Assembly: GCA_013265495.1 (NCBI GenBank)
Contig: MU058540.1
Span: forward strand, 1,761,696 to 1,825,695
Length of the DNA stretch: 64,000 nt
DNA from: Vicugna vicugna
Lineage: Eukaryota
Reading direction: 5' to 3'
Shown here: piece after piece, positions 55,508 to 64,000 of the stretch
How the letters are laid out: each line of letters opens with the position of its first letter
Numbering within the stretch: position 1 is the first letter of the stretch
The notes under the pieces: generated by a model
The model's database searches: none
The model's input: only the letters and a program-made list of their open reading frames with translations
Told to the model about the DNA's origin: nothing
Made by a program: the position numbers and the translations under genes

Positions 55508-57047
55508 AATGTGTTTCTGTTTTTAATTTTCTTTTTTCTCTTTAGTGTTTGGAAACCTACAGAAGCAAGCCTGTTTCACTAGGGGTTTTGTGTGTGCGTT
55601 GAAGTCTTTTCCTATAATAACAAATCTGAATCATTTTACTACAGTTCTTCCAAATCTGGTTCTTAGTTGTTTGCCACTTGACTCCCTCAGCCTTCGTCCT
55701 GCCCAACCTAATGTTGTTTTGTCCTAAGAAGTTTTCTGTATTTCCAGATGAGGAATTATCTGAGTGAAAATTAAGTCATTTTTTTTCTCCAAAGTTGAGC
55801 ATTCTCTTTCCAAGCAAATGTTTTGTTTTTCCTTTTTTTGGCCTCTATATACAGTTGCCCTCTGATCTGGGTGAGGCAGGGTGCAGAAAGCCTTGTTCCA
55901 AATGTCCAGAGCGTTGGGTTTAGCAGAAAATGACAGAGTAGCGAACAGGTGCCTGTAGTTAAGGCGAAGCCCAGCATGGGTGTGGGTCAGATTAGATATG
56001 AACCGTGCAACGTGGAGAAACACAAATACACTGCTACTCTTTAGTTTCCTGTCTATCATATTCCTTATTTTTCTGCTTTGAGGAGGCAGTTTAAGCACAT
56101 CTTGTTTCATAGAGAGACCTAAAGATCCAAAATATGTAAGAAGTTTTTCTAAATGTTATCTTGCCAATAATTATAAAGTTTTTACATTAGGAAACACATT
56201 TATATATTATGAAGCCATACAGCTATTTCCTTTATCAGAGCCAACAATTGGTTAAGTTCATTTAAAAATGCAACAAAGAGGAGCTGGACTTGCCAATTCT
56301 GGGAGTGTCAGGATGCTCACTTTTCATCCCCACCTTTTATCATGGCTCTTTTTCCCGGCATCCCCCACATACCCCCATACCTGGCTCAGGTCATTAGGGA
56401 GCTGGTAAACCTTATGGCCTCCGAGGAGAAAACATAGCAGCTGCCCCTTCTCCCCTTGCCCTTTCTCAGAGGGCTGTGGGTGTTACGAATCTGAAGTGTC
56501 AGGTGCAGGTGAAAACTGCTCAGACACAGCCGTCCTGAGGCAGTGACAAGCCTCTCCCTGGCTCTGCCAGTGTCACTGTTGTTAGTTTAGTACCAGCACA
56601 GGAGGATCAGAGTAGACCATCATTTAACGAAAGAAGGGGAGAAAAATGGCAGTCAGACACTTGTGCATGCCTGATAGCCATGAAGCACCTTCTCGGTCAC
56701 CCACAGTCATGTTCTGTTAGAAGGCAGCTTCAGAGGTCAAGAAAAATTAGAGAGCAAGAGTGGACTGTTTTAAAGGTTTATGTTATGAGGCTCAAGGAGG
56801 AAAAGTGAATATTTAGCCTGGACATGAGGACATGTAAAAGAATGGAGATTTGTTTTCTCTGAGTCTAAAAAGCATTATTTTGGGAAATGTGGCTACCAGC
56901 CATTCCCTCTTTCCATGTGGTCAGGTCAAGAGGGACTGGGTTTCAGTTGCACTGGGTGAGATGGAAGTTAAACAACCAGTATTCAAGTGTTTTGAGAGCT
57001 GACATTTTGTCACAGTGGATTAGCAAAAGGAAGGAACACACCAGATA

Positions 57048-57285
57048 CTGAGAAGTGCGGACTCTGAGGCCAGCCAGCCTGGCTTTAATCCTGGCTTCAG
57101 CACTAACTAGCTGTGGGACCTTGGACAAATTACTCTACCTCTAAGTCTCAGTCACCCCATCTGTAAAATGGGGATAGTTCACCTACTTCCTTAGAGGGTT
57201 ATTTTTAAGATTAAAAGAGTTAGTATGGGTAAAGTGCTTTGAACAGCAGCTGGCACATATTAAGGGCTATATATTTGATAAATAT
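57048..57285 (+). mobile_element. MIR SINE
   Basis: aatcctggcttcagcactaactagctgtgggaccttggacaaatt...catctgtaaaatggggatag. Confidence 0.75.
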
Positions 57286-57506
57286 AATTAGCATGAGCAG
57301 TGGAAGAGTTTTAGGATCATCTGGACCAACACGTTATTTTATAAATTAAGAGACAGTTATAGGAGGTAGAATAGAGGTTAGAAGCATTTCTGCAGACTTC
57401 TGTTCCCAGGCTGTTGCCACTACTCTTGGCTGTGTTTTAGAAATACCCATTGCTTCAAAAGCATATCCCTTTAAAGTTCTTCTTCCATCCCCTTCTCCTT
57501 AGAGCC

Positions 57507-57742
57507 AGTATTTCTAGAATACTTCCTGTGTGCCATCACTGTGCTAAATGCTGACATATGTGACCTCATTTAATCCTTACAGCAACGTGTGAAGAAAGTG
57601 CCACTATTATCCTCATTTTTTAGAAGTAGCCTCTAAGATTCAGAGAGTTCAGTTACTTGTCAAAGGGTACACAGCTTCAAAGAGGCAGAATGTGGATTAG
57701 AATTTAACCTGTCTGACTCCATAGCCTGTCTTTTTAACCACG
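57507..57742 (-). mobile_element. MIR SINE
   Basis: tgtgtgccatcactgtgctaaatgct...cctcatttaatccttacagc...tgtctgactccatagcctgtctttttaacca. Confidence 0.7.
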
Positions 57743-58284
57743 GCATGGATTTTCCTCAGATAGTCTCAATAGAATACAGATGAATTAAATTAAACCAACC
57801 ATTGCTTCAGCAGCCACAGGCCCCAGCAATAAAGATTTGAGGCCATTTTGTAATCCCTTTTCAATGTACAGTCTGCTTTTTTTCAGACCTAGGTCTCTTG
57901 AGTGTATTCTCATTTCTGACACAATGCTGTTAACACAAAAACAGGTTACCAAAAGAACTTTTCTCCCCAGTGAAGAGGATGAAAGTCAAAGGTCCTGGAG
58001 CAGACCAAGAAAGGCCAGGACCAGAGCTTCCATGAGGTAGGGACCACGTGGAGTTTAACAGGATTAGCAGACCTAGTAGACCAGAGAGATGTCAGATGTC
58101 AGAATTCCCACCTAGACAGTGGTTCTTTGCCTCCTTTAGTCCCTGTAAGACTCAAATGACAATCATGGACTCTCCCCTTTTCAGAAAAAATGGACAAGCT
58201 CACACACCAGGAAGCATTATCAGGTGGCTGCAGGGTTCATAAGCCCCCAGCTAAAAACTTCTGTGATTGGCAGCAGAGTAAACT

Positions 58285-58495
58285 GCTTAAAAGCACACTC
58301 TGGAGCCAGATGGCAGCCTGAATTCAAATCCTCTTCTCCCACTTATTTGCTGTGCAACCTTGAGGAAGTTAATGTCTTGGGCTTCAATTCCCTCAACTGT
58401 AAAATGAGGATAATAATAGTATTTAATTATAGGATCGTTGTGAGGATTAAGCAAGTTACATGTGTAAATGCCTGGAACATGGTTAGCTCTCCAGC
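58285..58495 (+). mobile_element. MIR SINE
   Basis: actctggagccaga...ttcaaatcc...ctgtaaaatgaggataataatagta...tgtgaggattaa. Confidence 0.75.
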
Positions 58496-59421
58496 AGTGT
58501 TCACTCTTAGTGGCAGTAGTGTTGCTATCCCCAGAGCTTAGCCCATTCATTAAATGTTTATGGACAGGATGGATGAGTAATTCTTGTGGAGGTGCCAGGT
58601 CTAGGGTAGAGCATCCCAACCAGTGTGTCACAAATGGGCTATTGTTATGTCAGGATACTGATCCACTCAGCCCTTGTGGCTACCAAAGCCCCTCCTGGTT
58701 CCTCCTGGCTTCAAGCAGCAACATCCAAAGTGTGACATTCAATTATCCTTCTCTCTGGATACCCTGATGTGAAAGCACTTTGGGCAGCACTGTTTTGAGA
58801 AGATCAGCTACCAGGTAGTGAGACTCAAGTAGGCAGTCCAGACTCCCAAGTCCAGAAGAATTCTGTGGATGTGTGGCAAAGAGAATCTTATGAGCCTAGA
58901 GCAGAGGCTTCACAAGTGTGGGCTCTCCTGCTCCAGTATGCTCCACACCACAGCAGCAAGAGCAGGTGCTGCCAGTAGGATGCTCCAGTGCTTCCCTCCT
59001 CATACAAAGACCTGGTGAGCCTCTCTCCAAGGATTTGTGGAGAGCCCACAGTGAACTAGAAACCAAGCTGGAGCCCAAAGTCTTGTGTAGGCAACATGTG
59101 TTAAAGAGGTCATGATAAGTACTAAAGTAGGTGACTCCAGGATTGTGAGTGCCAGAAAGAGGTAGTACCCAGGGCTACAGGGACTTATAAGGGGACCAGC
59201 CTTGCCTGCAAGGTGAATGAATTCTTAGGGTGATAAAAAGCCACTGAAGAGTTCTAATCAAGGAAGTAGATTTAGTTTTTACTTTTTTTAAGACACCTGG
59301 CACACAATGTTACAAGAATAGGAAACAGGCAAGAATTTATTTGAGGATATACGTTAGGAGGCTCTTACAGTAATCAAGAGGTGAGAGGTGATTGATACCT
59401 ACCTGAAATTAGGTACCTAGA

Positions 59422-60740
59422 TTTTTTTTATTTTTTAAATTGAAGTATAATTGCTATACATTATGTTCAAGTGTACAACATAATGATTCGATATTTGTGT
59501 ATACTGTGAAATGATCACCGCAGTTAAGTCTAGTTAACATCCAGCAACATATGTAATTTTTTTGTGATAAAAACTTTTAAGATTTACTCTCTTAGCAACT
59601 TTCAAATATTCAGTAAGCTGTTATTAACTGTAATCAGCATGCTGTCTATTACATGCCCAAGACTTATTTTGTAACTAGAAGTTGGTACCTTTTTAGTCCC
59701 TTATTCCCTCCACTCATTTTACTACCCCCAATCCCGGCTTTTGGCAACTACCAATCTGTTCTCTGTGTCTAGGAATCTGAGGGGTTTTTTTGTTTTAAGA
59801 TTCCACATATAAGTGAGATCTCACAGTATTTCTCTTCATCAGGCAGAGAAAAACAAATGGCAAGATTTCGTTCTTTTTATGGCTGAATAATATCCCTGTG
59901 TGTGTGTGTGTGTGTGTGTGTGAGAGACATCTTTATTCGTTCACCCTTCAGTGGACGCTTAGGCTGTTTCCATGTCTTGACCATTATAAATAATGCTGTA
60001 GTGAACATGGGGGTGCATATATCTTTTCAACTTAAGGTTTTGGTTTCTTTAGATAAATATCCAGAAGTGAAATTGCTAGATCAAATGGTAGTTCTATTTT
60101 TAATTTTTTGAGGAACCTCCATACTGTTTTCCATAGTGGCTGCACCAATTTACATCCCCACCAACAATGCACAAGAGTTTCCTCTACTCGACATGCTCAC
60201 CAACACCTTTTTTTTCCTTGTCTTTCTGATAGTAGCATTCTGACAGGTGTAAGATATCTCAATGTGGTTTTGATTTGCATTTCCCTGATGATTAGGGATA
60301 TTGAGCATCTTTTCATGTACCAGAAGCCATTTGTATATCTTCTCTGGGAAAATATGTATTCAGATCCTCTGCCCACTTTTTAATTGGATTGTTTGGTTTT
60401 TTGCTATTGAGTTGTATGAGTTCTTTGTATATTTTGGATATTAACCCCTTATCAGATATATGATTTGCAAATACTTTCTCCCATTTAGTAGATTGCCTTT
60501 TCATTTTGTTGATGGTTTTCTTTGCTGTGCAGAAGCTTTTTAGTTTAATGTAGTCCCACTTGTTTGTTTTTGCTTTGTTTCTTTTGCTTTTGGGGTCAAA
60601 TCCAAAAAAATCATCACCAAGACTGATGTCCAGGAGCTGACCACCTGTGTTTTCTTCTAGGCGTTTTATGGTCTCAGGTCTTACATTCAAGTCTTTAATC
60701 CATTTTGAGTTAATTTTTGTGTATGGTGTAAGATGGTGGT
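59422..60740 (-). mobile_element. 5'-truncated L1 (3'UTR plus ORF2 C-terminal part), inserted in an L2 remnant
   Basis: ORF 60313-60690(-) reads [15 protein letters not shown]...[16 protein letters not shown]...[22 protein letters not shown], i.e. L1 ORF2p; degenerate TSD GTA(C/T)CTAGA at 59413 and 60741. Confidence 0.92.
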
Positions 60741-61269
60741 GTATCTAGACTTCTGAGGGAAAAGGAAGACTCAAGAATTACCCCCACTGATTGTGGGTGG
60801 CTGGAGATGCTATCCCTGGGGTAGGGGATACTAGAAGTGGAACATTTCGAAGGAGGGAGGCCTTGTGAGTTCTGCTGGGGACTCATTCCATTTGTGATGC
60901 CTATAGGGTCTTTACAAGGATGGATCTGAGCAAAAGAGAGATGTCAGAAATCTCACAGAAAACCAGCAGCAGTGGAGTTGGCTGCTTACCTTCAGTGGGG
61001 CTCCCTTCTAAGAGGAGCAAGTTTAAAAGTGGATTTTAATTAATGAAATTGTACTTTACATCCAGTTTGGCTGGTGTGCTTCTCTTATATAACCTTTAGA
61101 ATTCTTAAATGTGTATATTTTGAAGCCTCTTAATAAAAACCAGTATAGTTATCTACTTTGCAGAATTCATGTTTTTCTTCTTGGCTGGCCTCATCCACTC
61201 TTTCCCTGTGTGTCCTTGCAGCAGGAGGAAGTCGTGCAACTCACAATATGACACTGTCCACTTTCTCAG

Positions 61270-61365
61270 ATTTGTGACGCAAAAAGAAATCTCTGACCTC
61301 AGCTGTGGCTCTCGGTGCTAGGAGGAAGCCAACTTCATGTCTGAGTGCACGGGCAGTAGTTTGCC
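61270..61365 (+). other. ZNF76: ZNF76 exon 2, 5'UTR part
   Basis: Acceptor ctttctcag|ATTTGTGAC upstream of the ATG; an alternative upstream acceptor exists at 61222/61225. Confidence 0.65.
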
Positions 61366-61438
61366 ATGGAGAGCTTGGGACTGCAGACGGTGACCCTCAG
61401 TGATGGGACAACAGCTTACGTCCAGCAAGCTGTGAAAG
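61366..61438 (+). CDS. ZNF76: ZNF76 first coding exon (MESLGLQTVTLSDGTTAYVQQAVK-G); the gene continues beyond the window
   Basis: Kozak gccATGg; LxDGTTAY activation repeat of the Staf/ZNF143/ZNF76 family; donor AAAG|gtattt; synteny with SCUBE3. Confidence 0.93.
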
Positions 61439-61886
61439 GTATTTCTGGGGACCTCAGAATGCCACCCTATCCCCTTCCAAGGGTCTCACCATCACCCTGC
61501 CCTCCCACCTGCTTGCCACAACTTGCTCTGCATGAGGGACTCTCAGGACGATTAGTAAAAGGGGACCTCTTTAAAATAAAATGCCATGCAGGCAGGCTGG
61601 AGAATCAGATGAGTCTAGCTATAGAAGCCAAGACCCCTGAAAGGCAGAATCCCTTACATGTGGTGAGTAGTTCATAAAGATTTCTGGAATGGATGAACAC
61701 AGTGCTGGTTATGACTTCCTGCTTTTCATATATTCCCTGTCCAGTTTCTCAGTGCTTTCTAGAAGCAGTTCATTTTGATTTAAGCAAGTTTAAGCACTCA
61801 AACTATCTTCTGAGCATCGACCATATACAACATACTCTTCTAGGTCAGGGGGCACCCAAGCATAGATCTCATGCCTTAGGCCCATC

Positions 61887-62092
61887 TAGGATTGCCAGAA
61901 ATTAAAATATAGAGCACACAGTTAAATTTTAATTACAGAAAAACAATGAATAATTTTGTAGTGTAACTATGTCCCAAATACTGCATGAGAAAGATGTATA
62001 AAAAATGAGTTAAACATTTAGAACAGTAAAATAATAACACCAATAACTAAAAAAAAAAATTCATTATTTATCTGAAGTTCAGATTTACCTGA
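61887..62092. mobile_element. MER53-like palindromic hAT MITE (interrupted)
   Basis: TAGGATTGCCAGA...CAGTTAAATTTT...GAATAATTTT...TATGTCCCAAATACTGCATG and mirrored ACTAAAAA...TTCATTATTTATCTGAAGTTCAGATTTACCTG. Confidence 0.7.
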
Positions 62093-64000
62093 AATTCAGA
62101 TTCTCAAATTGGGCATGGAGTCAGAACAGAGTGTTGTTGAAGAGCAGGGCCTTCTGGCCAGGGACACTCACTGTCATGACAGGCTTCTTCTTTCTGGCCA
62201 CAATTCTCAGGCATGCCAGATGGCATGCATGTCTTTTTTGGACAGCACTGGGCAAACACTGCCTCATTCCTACTCTTTATTTTTCCTTTTCTGGATTCTG
62301 TGAGTGCCACCATCCACATGACTGCACTGTCATTGAAACATTGCCTTCCTTCATTTCAACATGTTGTCAAAATGTATTTCAGGTCCCAAGATTACAGATT
62401 AATTGTTTGTTGATTTCATTTTAAATTGTCTGCTTCCTGATGACGACAGAGGCCCCTTAATCTCGTCAATAAGCTCTTTCCATGTGACAGTGTTTGGATC
62501 TGACTGGCTTCGTTTTCTTAAGAATGGAACTTCTCTAGAATACTTTTGAAGCCTGAAACCTGCTGTTCGCAGACTTCCCATCACGGGTCTTGCCCCTTTG
62601 ATGCAATCTCAGTGGGATGGAAGAACTCAGGAGTTGTAGATAGGGCTGTGTTTACTCTATGGACCCAGTTATTTCCCATGCCTCAGTCTTCTGTTGCGAA
62701 TTAATGGTTGAATGAATGAATAAAAAACAAGTGGCCACATTTGGCCTGAGAAAGCCACATTCTTTTCTCATGTCTTCCCTTCTTATATCTAGATCTCTTT
62801 GCCTCCCTCATCTCCCCATTTATATCGTTCTCTCATCACTCTTCCTGGCTCTGTTCTCTGCCTCCTCCACAGTGCTGCTGTGGGTGCTTACATGTGGGCA
62901 CACACACACTCACACACAACAGATTTCACACTGCTGAGAAGAGAGCTGGCCTTCAGGAACCAGAGCCACACTGTCCTGAAAGGCATCACTTGCTGTGAGC
63001 TCCTCTGAAGCTCTCGAGCAGGGCACTTTCATCTGTCAGCAGGCTCTCTGTCTGGGCCCAGTTTAGCCAGCAGGAAGCCCTAAAACTTTATGAGACTTAG
63101 TCTATAATTAGGGTAAGCATAAAATGTGTTATTCAAAGCTGAAACTTTTGAGAGTGAAACAGCAAGCCATGGATAAATATACTGGGACTGTTCTAGGCAA
63201 ACAGGAACCTATGGTACCTCTACAGTGGGTACAAGGGCCCCATCAGTCAGCTCTTCTCCTTGCTGCCTCTGCTTGTTGTCATCTCTGGTTGTTAGAGGAA
63301 ATTCTAGGTTGAAATTTTTTCCCGAATAACTCTTCTCAACATCTTGTTTCCTACCCTGAAGCAATAACCGCTCTGCTACCTGCTGATACTTTCAGAACCC
63401 CAGGTACTGGTGCCCTTGCTAGGACAGGTAAAGTGTTAAAAGGCAGGGTAGCCTACTGCTTGCCAGGTGGGAGGGAAGTTGGGAAGTTACTCTCCCCTCA
63501 TGTCAGCTGCCTTTCTCTCCGACTTCTTACCTTTGTCTCCACCTTACCTGCTGTTGGCCGGGTTGTAGAACTGTTAGTTACTGACCCAAGAAGACTCAGT
63601 TTGGGAATTCTGAGGAGGGAGACATCAGCAGAGAGATGAGCCAGAAACAGCTGTCTTGTCCTTTTCCCACATCATAAGAGCTCAAATTCCTAAACCTGAA
63701 ACTTGTAAAGAAAGGAACAAACCACTTGTCATTAACTCTTCAGTCTCCCTTTTCTTCTTCCCTTTCTCATTTCCTTTACCCCTTCTCCCTCTCAAACTCA
63801 CTGAACATAGGGAGAGTCCTCTCTAATTATGATTCTAAATTGAAGAGCCTTTTGCTCTCAGAAGTGCTTTCCAGTAAGGATTTGAGATAAAGGAAGGATA
63901 ATATCTTAGAAACTCTTAGGAACCTGGAAACTTAATAATTTTAATACTGCTTGTTGTGTTGCCTTAGATGAGTCAATTGTTTTGCTAGAAAATTAGAATG

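Noticed and set aside
57048..58495. Alternating-orientation MIR trio as a dsRNA structure
   Set aside because: Ancient, highly diverged copies are unlikely to pair stably; the arrangement is common.
60108..60690. 125-aa and 91-aa ORFs as possible host genes
   Set aside because: A fragment of L1 ORF2p and its antisense frame within a truncated L1.

Overview
Mammalian genomic DNA, most likely a camelid: it carries tRNA-Ala-derived vic-1-like SINEs, and I saw no Alu, B1/B2, Bov-A/BovB or PRE-1. The + strand holds the complete SCUBE3 gene: a CpG-island promoter, 22 coding exons from 1362 to 33852 that sum to 2982 nt (993 aa; signal peptide, 9 EGF-like repeats, spacer, Cys-rich repeats, CUB), and a ~3.9 kb 3'UTR. 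It is followed by the 5' part of ZNF76: a CpG-island promoter at ~42.3-43.3 kb, a repeat-rich ~18 kb intron, and the first coding exon at 61366-61438. The rest is MIR, L2, L1, hAT DNA-transposon and SINE debris. Nearly all ORF-track entries outside the exons are spurious. I found no evidence of a wholly new biological system. The most notable details are: (i) a 48-nt in-frame SCUBE3 cassette exon missed by the ORF track, which has downstream QKI/RBFOX motifs and creates an N-glycosylation sequon; (ii) a GC-AG final intron with an in-frame stop and an intronic AATAAA; (iii) a stop-free, frame-preserving intron 14; (iv) a 135-bp orphan polyadenylated retro-insertion with TSDs; (v) a nested SINE/inverted-SINE/L1 composite inside one TSD pair; (vi) an out-of-frame uORF overlapping the ZNF76 start codon. 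Gene and repeat-family names come from my recall of homologues, not from a database search.
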